A stretch of 64,000 bases of DNA from Candidatus Collierbacteria bacterium RIFOXYD2_FULL_45_13 (GTDB taxonomy: Bacteria > Patescibacteriota > Microgenomatia > UBA1400 > MFAQ01), in contig MFAS01000001.1 in the NCBI GenBank assembly GCA_001774685.1, forward strand, positions 351,557 through 415,556, read 5' to 3'. The first letter of the stretch is position 1. Each line of letters begins with the position of its first letter. The notes under the pieces are model-generated. The model ran no database searches and was not told the origin of the DNA. It was given only the letters and a program-made list of their open reading frames with translations. Both the position numbers and the translations under genes were made by a program. Shown here in pieces: positions 28,201 to 38,449 of the stretch.

Positions 28201-31200
28201 CTACATCCCTCCCAAGAAGCCAAAGGCTTCTCTAAGATTGGTAACTACCAGATTAAAAGCATTTTCTGTTGCCTTTGGAGTGATGGTCACTGTATCAATT
28301 GAGTTGCCTAGATTTCCCACCTTGTCTCTAGAGAGGGATCTTAGGTGGTAGACCTTAGATGGTGTCAGTGAAGAAATGATTACTAAGTGATTAAGTGTTA
28401 GGTTTGCATCCTCTTGAGTCTTCTGGGCATAGTTTGCTCCCGTTCCTTCACCAAACTCCACTTGAGAGGTAGCTGGTTCGTCCGTATTCCACGAGACTAG
28501 TAGTTGAGCTGTCGATTCTTGTTGGGTAGATGAAGAACTAGTCTGGACATTGGTACCCTCTACCCGAAGGTCACTCACTTGTGGTGGTCGAGTGTCTGTG
28601 GCTGTGGTTACCCTTTGAGTGTCAGAAGTTGCTTCGTTTCCGGCCTTGTCTCTCCCTTTTACTACCAAGACGTAGTCAGTTTGAGGCAGAAGACTACGGA
28701 TGATCATTCGATGTTCTCCCTTAGTCAGAGCCACATTCACTTCGTCACGAATCTCGGCAGGTCGACCACTGGGGTAGAAAGAGACTACCGAGGATACCTC
28801 AGTATTGGTTGTCCAAGTAATTAACAAGGTTGACTGGGCTGTATTGGCCACTTGCTGGATACGCACACTGGATATCTTGGGGCGGGGGAGGGTTTCAAAC
28901 GAGTAGACATTGCCTTCATACTCATTTCCATCTGAGTCAAAAGTATTAATCTTGTAGTAGTACTTGGTGCCGTCATTTAGATCGCTCAGCAAAACGTTAT
29001 ACGTCGACTCCCCAGTTCCTGTACTTGTGGTAGTCGTTCCGCCAAACGCAGTGCTAATGCCATAATAAATTTTTGCACTTGAAGCGGCAGTTGAAGTGAA
29101 TTGAATTATGGCTGACGATAAGCTAATTGAGGTGGCTTTGGCTTCCTTTATGTTTGGCGCTGCCGCAGTCGTAAAGCTCTTCTCCTCACTCGTCCCGGTA
29201 TTACCATCTTCATCAGTCCATTTTGCCTTGTAATAGTAGGTCGTCCCGGCTTTTAGGTTGGTGAGGTTCACAGTGTGACTAGAAACCTGAGATGAGTTAG
29301 ACACTTCGTCAGAGCCGTAAGATCCGCTCGTTGTCCCATACTGTATCTTCGAGTCAGACGATCGGCTAGTTCCCCAGGTAATGGTCGCTTTCTTGGTGGT
29401 GATGGAAGATGCAGAGGGTTGGGTATCTAGCGAAGGCGCGCTCGTCCACTTACCGGTTGGAGTGATCGAGACAGCATTGGTACCGGATGACAAAGCATCA
29501 GCCCCGTCTTGGGTATATACCTTGTAATAATAGATGGAACTTGTCGGTGTGCTGTCTACGTATGATAGTCCGGTTGTTGTTCCTACTTGAGTAAAAGTAG
29601 AGTTGTCTGTCGATCTTTTGACTAAGTAGGTTAAGTTTCCTGCTCCTTGGTATGTTGGAGCCGTCCAGGTAAGAGTTACATTCCACTGCTCCGATGCCTT
29701 AATTGAAGAGTCAGAAGCCACTACGTTTCCCACATTGTCAGGATCAGTGGAGTTTAAAGTGAAGACCCCCTTGATACAGTTACTCGAAGAGTAGTTTGGG
29801 GTAGTCGCATCATCTATGGCTACTACATATAGAGTGTTGGCGCCTTTGTTTACGTTTGGTAACGCCGCTGTCGCTACGGTTCTGACTAAGTCGTTGTCAA
29901 TATATGTTGAGCTGTTTCCTTGTAGCGTTGTTAGTGATGTTGGAGGTGAAGTGTTAATCATGTAGTAATAACTACCTACCGTATTTGATCCGGACGGACT
30001 CGCTGTCGGCCAAGAGAGGGCAAAGGAATTAGTATCCGAAGATGATGGCGTTACGGTGACGGAATCGGTAGCATCGCACGAAGATGTAAAGGATGGTGCT
30101 GCTCCACCGTATGAGAGAGATGCTGTTCTGTAAGTCGACGCAGAGGATAGATTTCCTGCGTTGTCTACAGTTCTAAAGTAGATAATGTTGGATCCATTCA
30201 CAATCGCACCTTCGTCTCTGGATGCTACTAGATAGTACGCCGAAGCTGTAGCTGGGATATAGTCTAGTCCAAGCGCTGAGTCTACAGTCGTTCCATGCCA
30301 CGTCCCACTACTGGAATTAATCTGATACTGCCATCCAAGGACTTGCGAAGCTGAGTCAGTCGCCACTCCCACCCCGGTCGTGGGCCAGCCAAAGAACATA
30401 TCAGTTACATTTGACAAGTTTCCGGAAGGGGCAGTAATGTACGTCACATTGGTTGGAGCTGTATCATCGTATTTAAAAGAAACCAGGTCTTGGTAATTTC
30501 CAGACGTTCCCGTGTAGACGTTTCCGGCCGAATCCACCGCTTTAATCGAAAAATAGTATTGTTTGTTAGAAGTGAGAGTCAGGCCGGCGACAGAAGCTAG
30601 GTTTAGTGAAGTACCCGTAGCAATATATCCACAAGTGGCGTTGTTAGTTACGCCGTCATCAATTCCGTTTAGTTTGCCCGCCGAAGTCTCTGGATCCAGA
30701 CTACTACTTACCCCAATTGTAGCTTCATCCAAAGAGACACAATACCCAGCCAGACCAATACCTCCAGCGTTGTCCGACCCAGCAGTCCAGGTAATAGTGG
30801 GTTCATTTTTAGACCAAGCTCCACTAGTTACTCCGGTAATGGCGACAGCTGTTGCATTTACATCTGGCTTTACTTGGTCAGAAGCCGTGAAAGGAATCGA
30901 GATGTCATAAAACTCGGGTGATAGGGCTCCTTGAATAGCCAAAGTAACCTGGTACTGCAAATATCGATGTTGGTCTGTCACACAGCCACTAGCGGATAGG
31001 TCGGTAGAGGTAGCAATACCGGAACAAGATCCCCAAGCCGTTGCTCCGGACATGTCAGAGTTACTACTCGTCCTTACTTTTACCGTCACTCCCGAAGCCG
31101 AGGCGGTATATGTCAGCGTCCCCCAATCCGCTGCAAATCCAGCGTCAAAAACAGTAGACGTTAAGGATCCCGAAGCCGTATAGGATGTTTCTTCTGTTGA

Positions 31201-32397
31201 CGGGGATCCCACCGTTGGGGCGGAGACTGTGTATTGTCTGGCTAGAATCCAGTCTATGGCTATATCTTCGATATCGGTCGCTCCTGCCGCAGACCCAGTG
31301 AAAAAACCAAGTGAGATAAAATAATTTCCAGTCCAAGCTCCGGAATAGGAGTTTGTAATCGCTCGGTCTTTATAAAAAATCTCCTGAGAACCAGTTACTG
31401 CCATTCCAATTATCTGTGAAGTTCCCACACTGGTTGTAAACTGGGAGCTACCGCTATTAATGTTATAGCTGGCAGAGCTACCATCGGCACCGTATGACAA
31501 GATAGTTGTACTTCCTGGATTGGTAATTAACATGGCTAATTTATCACTTCCGCTATTACCCCCGGAGATAGTTTGATCACCGGAAATCGCCAACCCGGAA
31601 TAAGATCCCGTTACAGTGTTCCATTTCACTTTAGCCTCGACTATTGTGTTAGGCTGCGTTCCAGCCGCGGCATTCGAATATACTGCACCGGTACTCACGG
31701 TTATTTCACTTGAGGTAACCACCTGTGTTCCGGTCGTTGTCCAAGTGCTAGTGTTAAAGCTATCAAAAGTATCAAAAAAGGTGAATGTATTGGTGCCACT
31801 ACTGCCGGCCGCTGCACCTGAGCTTCCATAGTACATATAGATAGTACTGCTTCCTGAGGCGACACTGCTGACTTTTACCCATACAGTTGTTGATGTTGAG
31901 TTACATCCTGTTTCAACCCAATAAGGTAATGCAGTTCCACTGGAGCTAGCAAAGCGCAAATCCTGACAGCTACTTTGAAGTTTGCCAGCAGAGATCAACG
32001 TTTGGGTGTTTACTATTACGGGGATCTGATAGTTGGTTAGTGTTGAGCCAGAGTTAGAAATAGATATATTTTGGCGGTATAACCATTCTGCATAGCTTGC
32101 AGACCATCCTGATGTGGCAACCAAGCTGATCCGTCCCGCACTAGCTGTTGCCTCTGTGCCACTCAAAGCCGACCAAGTCGTCACTGTTCCAGTAGCGAGA
32201 GACGGACTGTCTCCTCCCACCCAACTAGTTTGAGTCCAGGGAGACGTGGCCGCAAAGATCGAAACAATGCCTCGAAGAGTAAAGTACGATCCCGTCGCAA
32301 AACCAATGGAAACCAGTACCAAAGTAATCAGGTTAAACTGAATCCTATTAAAATGAAAATGTGGTTCTAAAAAATACGCCCTTATCTTAGATGTCAT
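28201..32397 (-). CDS. Large Ser/Thr-rich surface protein with DUF2341 and multiple fibronectin-III/Ig-like domains
   Basis: N-terminal TM; QDLRF...LPYWVE...VWVKV...IYMYYG (DUF2341); repeated L..GTTYYY FN3 motifs. Confidence 0.85.
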   Translation of the reverse strand: MTSKIRAYFLEPHFHFNRIQFNLITLVLVSIGFATGSYFTLRGIVSIFAATSPWTQTSWVGGDSPSLATGTVTTWSALSGTEATASAGRISLVATSGWSASYAEWLYRQNISISNSGSTLTNYQIPVIVNTQTLISAGKLQSSCQDLRFASSSGTALPYWVETGCNSTSTTVWVKVSSVASGSSTIYMYYGSSGAAAGSSGTNTFTFFDTFDSFNTSTWTTTGTQVVTSSEITVSTGAVYSNAAAGTQPNTIVEAKVKWNTVTGSYSGLAISGDQTISGGNSGSDKLAMLITNPGSTTILSYGADGSSASYNINSGSSQFTTSVGTSQIIGMAVTGSQEIFYKDRAITNSYSGAWTGNYFISLGFFTGSAAGATDIEDIAIDWILARQYTVSAPTVGSPSTEETSYTASGSLTSTVFDAGFAADWGTLTYTASASGVTVKVRTSSNSDMSGATAWGSCSGIATSTDLSASGCVTDQHRYLQYQVTLAIQGALSPEFYDISIPFTASDQVKPDVNATAVAITGVTSGAWSKNEPTITWTAGSDNAGGIGLAGYCVSLDEATIGVSSSLDPETSAGKLNGIDDGVTNNATCGYIATGTSLNLASVAGLTLTSNKQYYFSIKAVDSAGNVYTGTSGNYQDLVSFKYDDTAPTNVTYITAPSGNLSNVTDMFFGWPTTGVGVATDSASQVLGWQYQINSSSGTWHGTTVDSALGLDYIPATASAYYLVASRDEGAIVNGSNIIYFRTVDNAGNLSSASTYRTASLSYGGAAPSFTSSCDATDSVTVTPSSSDTNSFALSWPTASPSGSNTVGSYYYMINTSPPTSLTTLQGNSSTYIDNDLVRTVATAALPNVNKGANTLYVVAIDDATTPNYSSSNCIKGVFTLNSTDPDNVGNVVASDSSIKASEQWNVTLTWTAPTYQGAGNLTYLVKRSTDNSTFTQVGTTTGLSYVDSTPTSSIYYYKVYTQDGADALSSGTNAVSITPTGKWTSAPSLDTQPSASSITTKKATITWGTSRSSDSKIQYGTTSGSYGSDEVSNSSQVSSHTVNLTNLKAGTTYYYKAKWTDEDGNTGTSEEKSFTTAAAPNIKEAKATSISLSSAIIQFTSTAASSAKIYYGISTAFGGTTTTSTGTGESTYNVLLSDLNDGTKYYYKINTFDSDGNEYEGNVYSFETLPRPKISSVRIQQVANTAQSTLLITWTTNTEVSSVVSFYPSGRPAEIRDEVNVALTKGEHRMIIRSLLPQTDYVLVVKGRDKAGNEATSDTQRVTTATDTRPPQVSDLRVEGTNVQTSSSSTQQESTAQLLVSWNTDEPATSQVEFGEGTGANYAQKTQEDANLTLNHLVIISSLTPSKVYHLRSLSRDKVGNLGNSIDTVTITPKATENAFNLVVTNLREAFGFLGGM

Positions 32398-32493
32398 ACG
32401 TCAATATATGCCCATATAATCCTGGCATTGCAACTTTCATTATGACTTATTTTCATCGGTTTATCACTCCCGAGATATGTTATTCCAGGCCCA

Positions 32494-33171
32494 TTACTCA
32501 AACAGCTTGAGCACCACCTCGGTAAAAAAAGATTCCACGATAAACCTCTTTGTTTTCAAGTCCGCCTTGCCAGGTATTTCTGGCAGCAAATATTCATCCG
32601 CAATGTGTCGATTCAGCACCCAAGCCGAAATGGTGCCGTCGTCCAGGCTACTTTGTTGGAAATCAAGTTTGTGGTACCCCTCGCTAAATACATATCCCAA
32701 ACTTTCATCTTCGGGATCATCAACTCCATTGAGCAAACCTACCCCGTGCCGTTTCAGCAACTGATTGTGTATTAGTACCCGTTCGTTGGTCGCTTTTCTA
32801 TACGCCACATCATAAAGATAGTAGTCCGGTCCACTCGGATCTTCATGAAACGATATAAACAAATCAAACTTATTCCCCATCATCACCTCAATATTGGCCC
32901 TCACTTCTGGGTCATTCGAGTCAGAAAAAAACTTTCTGTTCATATCATGATTAAGGTAATTATTCCTAGTACCCCGTTTCACGGCCGAAGGGGACACCTC
33001 GGGCACAAATATAAAATCAGGTAACTCCTTACTGTATTTCTGGAGAGCCATTGTTACATATTCAGTCACCTCCGACTCATCCCCGTGAGTACCGGAATGT
33101 ATTAATAGTTTTGGGCTATCACCTGAGACGAAAAAATGAAAATCCGAATATTTGGTGGCGATTTTTCGCAT
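32494..33171 (-). CDS. M14 / succinylglutamate desuccinylase-like metallopeptidase
   Basis: GTHGDE, DMNR, SFHED. Confidence 0.8.
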   Translation of the reverse strand: MRKIATKYSDFHFFVSGDSPKLLIHSGTHGDESEVTEYVTMALQKYSKELPDFIFVPEVSPSAVKRGTRNNYLNHDMNRKFFSDSNDPEVRANIEVMMGNKFDLFISFHEDPSGPDYYLYDVAYRKATNERVLIHNQLLKRHGVGLLNGVDDPEDESLGYVFSEGYHKLDFQQSSLDDGTISAWVLNRHIADEYLLPEIPGKADLKTKRFIVESFFTEVVLKLFE

Positions 33172-33191
33172 TCTGCTATTTTACCAGCCAC

Positions 33192-33223
33192 AAAAAAACC
33201 AGCCGGTTATCGGCTGGTTGTTT
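33192..33223. terminator. Intrinsic terminator, possibly bidirectional
   Basis: aaaaaaaccagccg-gttat-cggctggttgttt. Confidence 0.7.
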
Positions 33224-33229
33224 CGTTTC

Positions 33230-33673
33230 TTATCGGGCTCCCAAAATATAGGACTCCATCTGCATAGCCAAAAGTTCTTGATTCTTCCAAAGCATGTGGA
33301 ATATGTCCCTGAGCGAAACAATTCCCACCAGTTTGCCTTCGTCCAGTACCGGCATATGTCTGGACTTCTTCGTTTTCATCAGTTGCATACAGTCCATAAT
33401 GTCGCTGAAAGGCGTTACGTAAGCTGGCTCCGAGACCATAAACTTGGCCACGGTCACGGTTCTCGGATCAATCCCCTCAGCCGTTACCTTGTAGGTTATA
33501 TCTCGTTCCGAAATTATTCCCACTAGCCGCCCTTCTTCCAGTACCGGCAAAGCGCCAATTTGTTTGTCCCGTAACAGTCGTGCTGCTTCAACAATTAATG
33601 TTCCCGGGCTTACTGTGTGGACCTTGTCACCTTCAGAGTGTGCACTCTTTAACAATTGAGATACTCTTGACAT
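33230..33673 (-). CDS. CBS domain protein
   Basis: Two CBS repeats (GALPVLEEGRLVGIISERD; RHMPVLDEGKLVGIVSLRD). Confidence 0.92.
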   Translation of the reverse strand: MSRVSQLLKSAHSEGDKVHTVSPGTLIVEAARLLRDKQIGALPVLEEGRLVGIISERDITYKVTAEGIDPRTVTVAKFMVSEPAYVTPFSDIMDCMQLMKTKKSRHMPVLDEGKLVGIVSLRDIFHMLWKNQELLAMQMESYILGAR

Positions 33674-33771
33674 AGGATTCTCCTCTTTGGGTTTGGAAAC
33701 GTGCAAGATCAATATTCTAACTCATTGTGCTACATTTGTCTTCTTGATAAGGAAGTTGGATAATAATACTT

Positions 33772-34437
33772 ATGAAAAAACTACTGATCGGTTTAGTTGT
33801 TCTGGTCATTTTAGTAATTGCCGGTTTGAGTTATCTCGGGTTTATGCCTTTTCTTTCTGGTTATCTTGCCAAGCAGGTTGACCTGGGTATCAAAGCCGAT
33901 CCCGCCTTTGTCACTGCTTTCGAGTCCAAATACGGCACTCCCAACGGAACGGGCAAGGTCAGCCTAGATGTCACCCTATCCAGCGCTGAGGTTACTTCCA
34001 TCTTCGCTGTCTGGGAGGAAAGAGACAAACACTTTCCTCTCCATAACGTACAAATCAGGTTTAATCCAGATGGCACCGGTGAAGCTTCCGGTTTTCTTAA
34101 GGTGTCTACAGCTATTTCCTTGGCCAAAAATCTCGGCTACTCCGACTCCGACATCGAACAGGGCAAACAGTACGTTCAGTATGTTGCGGGAGATCTACCC
34201 TTTTACGTCAAAGGCACTGGGGGAATGACCAATAACACCCTCTCCATAAATCCTTCTACTTTCCAGATCGGCAGAGTGACTGTCCCGGAATCCATTACCA
34301 AGCCGGTCGCCGTCGCGGTTGGCGACATGATCGAACGCCGCATCAGTCAAATAGGAGGAGCCAACATCCAAGAAGCCAGTTTCAAATCGGGCTCTTTCCG
34401 TCTCGTTGGTTCAGTCCCCGAGACCATTAAATACTAA
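33772..34437 (+). CDS. Hypothetical exported or membrane-anchored protein
   Basis: N-terminal signal/TM segment. Confidence 0.75.
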   Translation: MKKLLIGLVVLVILVIAGLSYLGFMPFLSGYLAKQVDLGIKADPAFVTAFESKYGTPNGTGKVSLDVTLSSAEVTSIFAVWEERDKHFPLHNVQIRFNPDGTGEASGFLKVSTAISLAKNLGYSDSDIEQGKQYVQYVAGDLPFYVKGTGGMTNNTLSINPSTFQIGRVTVPESITKPVAVAVGDMIERRISQIGGANIQEASFKSGSFRLVGSVPETIKY

Positions 34438-34487
34438 AAAAAGACCGTTCTCGGTCAGCGAACCACCATTAGGTGGTAACTTTTTTG
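34436..34487. terminator. Pair of terminator hairpins, one per strand
   Basis: aaaaaaa-gaccg ttct cggtc (minus strand) and accacc atta ggtggt-aactttttt (plus strand). Confidence 0.6.
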
Positions 34488-34791
34488 ACTGCGTTCAACC
34501 AGTCTCTGATTCTGTTTACATTATGCGTATTGAAGTAATCCATTCGGCGGTCTCTACGACGGAATACCTCATACCTTCGAACTCAAACTCGCCGCGGCAT
34601 ACATCTAAAATTAGCGATGTCTTTCTTGGATCCCAAACAACAGTTTCATTCACCATTGCATTGAGTACAGACTCGAGTTTGGAAAACGGTAAGTTCGTCG
34701 CAATCGATTTGTGATCATTGGGAACGGCCACGATAATCTCCTTTGTTAAAGAATGAGAAAAGATACCAGCTTTCTATAATTTCGTCAACAG

Positions 34792-35136
34792 CTAGCTAAT
34801 CTTAATTTTCTTTACCATGCCGGTATTAGCTAAGCTATCAAAAACCGGACCAATAGCTTTCTCTGGTTCACTGCTACCCATATCAGCCCAAAAAGAAAAG
34901 GTGGTATCTTTTTTGGTCCAAGACGTTTCGCCAATTTCCCAACTGTGCATAAATCCACCGTATCCTTTCTCGACACCGATATTCGCCCAAGTTGACACTA
35001 TTTCCTGAATCGTAATTTTATCCGTGGAAGATAGTGGATTTTGAAAAAAAACCGTATAGGTTAAATCTGACCAGTCCGAGTTTGGGGAAAACTCAACTTT
35101 AAATGGCCACTCTTCCTCTCCCTGCCTTTCCGTCAT
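34792..35136 (-). CDS. Hypothetical protein
   Basis: 114-aa ORF with TAAGAT just upstream. Confidence 0.6.
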   Translation of the reverse strand: MTERQGEEEWPFKVEFSPNSDWSDLTYTVFFQNPLSSTDKITIQEIVSTWANIGVEKGYGGFMHSWEIGETSWTKKDTTFSFWADMGSSEPEKAIGPVFDSLANTGMVKKIKIS

Positions 35137-35246
35137 ATCAGCAATCTTACACCCAAAACTACTGGTAATGTACGGAGCAGGAAGCTGTTCAGGCAGGTTT
35201 CACCAAGTCCCCGAACTGTAAATAAGGTCCTCACTACGCTTCCTTA

Positions 35247-36023
35247 CTAGCTAAACTGCTTCCACTTTTTATCCGTCCTCGTTCTATGTATCTTCACCAG
35301 TTTTCTTTGTTCCCTTTGCCATTTAGCGAAAGATCCACGACAGTGTACGTCATTTGTATAAGTGTTTATCCATCGTACCGCTGACCATTCACCAACAGAT
35401 CTGCATTTGGTATATTTGTAAACCACAAAGTCACGATACTTATTCATTTCTCCGTCAGGCACCAGAGGAGTTGGCCTTTTGACAATTTTCAGGAGGCATG
35501 TGTTCACAATGGGGGTAGGGTAAAAGTCGGTTCTTTCGAAAACGTGGCCGACTGTGATATCAAACCAGGGATAAAACAATATTGAGAGCATACTCTGCTT
35601 TTTCGGATTAATCACGAATTTTTGAGCAGCCTCTTTCTGGACAATCAGAACACAGGTCTCTGGTGGATTATCCGAAAATAATAGCTTCTTCACAATCTCT
35701 CCCGTAATAGCAAACGGTATGTTTGAAAAGACCTTGTATGGTTCTTTGGGAAGGTCAAAGTCCAAAAAGTCTCCACAGACAATCCCCAAAGCTTTATGGT
35801 TCTCCAACCGTCTAGACATTTGGACAGCCAGCGCTTTGTCTATTTCAATAGCTATCACTTTCCTGGAAATAGATAGTAAAGCTTCTGCAATATTGCCGTT
35901 TCCGGCCCCAATATCCAAAACTGTATCTTTGCACGAAATACCCGAGGCCCTAATGAGCCGAGTTATCAGCCCCTCGTCCCTAAGAAAGTTCTGCGATAGT
36001 AGTTTCCGCCTTGTTTTGAACAT
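35247..36023 (-). CDS. rRNA adenine N6-methyltransferase, Erm-like (Erm/KsgA family)
   Basis: SQNFL, LDIGAGNG, IEID, FSNIPFAITG, QKEAA, FYPTP.V. Confidence 0.85.
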   Translation of the reverse strand: MFKTRRKLLSQNFLRDEGLITRLIRASGISCKDTVLDIGAGNGNIAEALLSISRKVIAIEIDKALAVQMSRRLENHKALGIVCGDFLDFDLPKEPYKVFSNIPFAITGEIVKKLLFSDNPPETCVLIVQKEAAQKFVINPKKQSMLSILFYPWFDITVGHVFERTDFYPTPIVNTCLLKIVKRPTPLVPDGEMNKYRDFVVYKYTKCRSVGEWSAVRWINTYTNDVHCRGSFAKWQREQRKLVKIHRTRTDKKWKQFS

Positions 36024-36057
36024 GGCGGAGGATGATGCAAGTAATCATAATAGCCTC

Positions 36058-36085
36058 ATTATAACAGGATTTACCATCCTGTCAA
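36058..36085 (-). promoter_or_regulatory. Consensus sigma70 promoter with overlapping palindromic operator, upstream of the erm-like gene
   Basis: TTGACA-16 bp-TATAAT on the minus strand; ACAGGAT-N5-ATCCTGT at 36064-36082. Confidence 0.75.
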
Positions 36086-36095
36086 CTGCTATAGG

Positions 36096-37604
36096 TTAGA
36101 TTGGGTTTGGCAAAACTCCCTGCTCGGGTTTCATGGAATGGTCTACCGAAATCAGTTTATTCCCTCCACTTTTCTTCACCATACCGGTCATGGGGAACGT
36201 CACATAAAAAGTAGTTCCCTTCCCTTCCTCGGACTCAAACCTGATACTTCCACCGGAGTTTTTTACAACTTCGTGAATAATATAAAGCCCTAATCCTGAT
36301 CCACCGGGATCAATACTTTTTACATTGTCGGAGCGGAACAGCTTTCCAAAAATTTTGTCTTGGTCTTTTTGCGGTATGCCCACGCCTGTATCCGAAACAA
36401 TAATGTTTAACAAGCCGTTTTCTCTTTTTATCGCAATGGTTACATCACCACCAATGGGAGTGTATTTTACGGCATTTGTCAGCAGGTTCTGAAATATTAT
36501 TTCCAGAAGATCGGGGTCTCCGGGAAACGAAATTGCGTTGGGGTCATATTCTTCTTTTAAGGTTAGATGTTTGCTTTCAATTTGTAAGCTTAGAGTTTCC
36601 AGATTTAGTTTAGCAATTTCAACGGGATTTACCATTTTTGGTTCTATCGTAAAAGTTCCCATTTCCAGGCTGGACACGTTGAGAAGTGAATTTACTAAAG
36701 CCGACATTCTTTTACTGGCAAGATTGATTTCCTGTGCAAATTGTCCTCTTTTTTCCACCGATGCCAAGTATTTTACCGATTGCAGCAGCTCGGAGTACCA
36801 GTTTATTGCCGTCAGAGGTGTCCTCATCTGATGAGATGCCAAGGAAACAAACTCGGTTTTTGTTTTATCGATATCATGTTCTCTAGTGGCATCGTAGATA
36901 GCAAACACGCAGCCATAAGCTGACCCTCCAATGCCGGGAATTGGGGAAGCGGAGCCTGCCACCGGCGTTTTCGTGCCGTTTTTGTTTACCAGCAAAGTTT
37001 GTTTTTCCAGTCTTATTACTCTATTTTCGGCAATCACCTTAGAGGCAAATTCAGAGTAGATTGCTCCGTCGCTTTCTCTTACCAATTTCAAGATCTCATC
37101 GTACTGGACTCCTATCGCTTCAATGGCGGAAACCCCACTTAATTTTTCCGCAATCTTATTGAACAGATTTATCTTCCCCCCTTTGTCACAAACAATCACG
37201 GCCTCATCCACCGAAGAGAGAATGGCATCATTGAAAGACTTACCGGAGGCCAATTTATACTCGATATTTTTTAAATCCGTAATATCGTGACCGTAGATTC
37301 TCAGTCTGTCCGGGCTGATGAATTTTATATCTTGTAGATACCATCGACCGTTGATCTGCATTTCCCTTCTTTCCACTCTTTTATCGGTATCGTTTAGCTC
37401 CCTAAAGTACTTCTCGGACTCATTTACATAAGGGTGGCTCATCTTCAGATCGCCAATTTCAGGGAAAAGTGCCGCAGCCACAGGGTTAACATAGGTAATA
37501 CCGGCACCCTTTTCCATTTCCAGTATCGGGCTAGTGTCTTGGTCCGGGAACGAAGCCAGCCATTTTACTTTGATCTCAGCTTTAGTCAAACTCAGATTCC
37601 ACAA
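36096..37604 (-). CDS. PAS-domain sensor histidine kinase
   Basis: FVSLASHQMRTPL H-box, NLLTNAVKYT, DTGVGI, GSGLGL; start uncertain. Confidence 0.9.
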   Translation of the reverse strand: MWNLSLTKAEIKVKWLASFPDQDTSPILEMEKGAGITYVNPVAAALFPEIGDLKMSHPYVNESEKYFRELNDTDKRVERREMQINGRWYLQDIKFISPDRLRIYGHDITDLKNIEYKLASGKSFNDAILSSVDEAVIVCDKGGKINLFNKIAEKLSGVSAIEAIGVQYDEILKLVRESDGAIYSEFASKVIAENRVIRLEKQTLLVNKNGTKTPVAGSASPIPGIGGSAYGCVFAIYDATREHDIDKTKTEFVSLASHQMRTPLTAINWYSELLQSVKYLASVEKRGQFAQEINLASKRMSALVNSLLNVSSLEMGTFTIEPKMVNPVEIAKLNLETLSLQIESKHLTLKEEYDPNAISFPGDPDLLEIIFQNLLTNAVKYTPIGGDVTIAIKRENGLLNIIVSDTGVGIPQKDQDKIFGKLFRSDNVKSIDPGGSGLGLYIIHEVVKNSGGSIRFESEEGKGTTFYVTFPMTGMVKKSGGNKLISVDHSMKPEQGVLPNPI

Positions 37605-38207
37605 ATGAAACCAAAATTTTCTCTATTATTTTTCTTTTGCTTGGCGTTTTCTCCTATTATTCTTTTATCTCTTGGTTTGTTTGGTGGCCGAATATATATT
37701 AGTGAGAACACGAAACAGATCAAGTTGACCAACACTGTTATGGGGGTAAGTACTCCGGAGAGGTTCGGAGGTGTTCCTGTCCGTCTCATAATACCCAGTA
37801 TCCGTGTAAACACTTCTATCCAAAGTGTCTGGCTTGATCAAGAGGGGACTGTGGGAGTTCCGGATAGTCCCCTGGAAGTTGGCTGGCTAGATCTGGAGAT
37901 ACTTTCGGGCAGTATCGGTAGTGCTGTTATTTCCGGTCATCTAAACCAGGAAAACGGCGAGCCCGGAGTTTTTGCCGAGCTGAATAAATTAAAGGTGGGC
38001 GAGACAATATTTTTACAAAAGGTAAGCGGTGATGAAGTAGCCTTCAAGGTCAGTGAAATCCATACTTATGACTCTGATTACACCGAGGACGTCTTTGGAG
38101 TACATGAGGGAGGGAGACTCTCTCTAGTTACGTGCAATGGTGTCTGGGACAAAAAAGCCAAAAGTTACGACAAAAGACTGGTCGTTACGGCTCTACGCAT
38201 TCCGTAG
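37605..38207 (+). CDS. Class F sortase
   Basis: PVRLIIPSI, AVISGHL, LSLVTC, RLVV; likely start MKPKFS. Confidence 0.85.
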   Translation: MKPKFSLLFFFCLAFSPIILLSLGLFGGRIYISENTKQIKLTNTVMGVSTPERFGGVPVRLIIPSIRVNTSIQSVWLDQEGTVGVPDSPLEVGWLDLEILSGSIGSAVISGHLNQENGEPGVFAELNKLKVGETIFLQKVSGDEVAFKVSEIHTYDSDYTEDVFGVHEGGRLSLVTCNGVWDKKAKSYDKRLVVTALRIP

Positions 38208-38224
38208 ATTAGATCAACGAGGAA

Positions 38225-38443
38225 CTATTTTGTCTGGTTGATATTTACATCAATCTCACTAGGTATGTTTATCTGAGGAGTACCCACCTGCATATTTCTG
38301 AACGCCGGCAGTCCATATACCCACAGTAGATATCCAAGAACCAGCAAGATGACTAGTCCGACCATCATTCCCATACCTCCTCCCGAATCACTGGAGGGAT
38401 TATTAATAATCGTCGTTGTTTTTTCGCTACTTTTTTTAGCCAT
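38225..38443 (-). CDS. Small membrane protein
   Basis: 72-aa ORF with one TM segment. Confidence 0.7.
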   Translation of the reverse strand: MAKKSSEKTTTIINNPSSDSGGGMGMMVGLVILLVLGYLLWVYGLPAFRNMQVGTPQINIPSEIDVNINQTK

Positions 38444-38449
38444 ATTGGT

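Noticed and set aside
34406-34790. ORFs 34406-34714 and 34516-34731
   Set aside because: No recognisable motif or clear start; possibly a gene fragment but not supportable.
35161-35246. Possible degenerate att arm or small RNA downstream of the erm-like gene
   Set aside because: Only weak similarity (cgaact) to the att arm, no TGTTG core at the right spacing and no convincing fold.
36045-36059. MRLL* minigene resembling macrolide-resistance peptides
   Set aside because: Its ATG overlaps the -10 hexamer, so it would not be in the transcript from that promoter.
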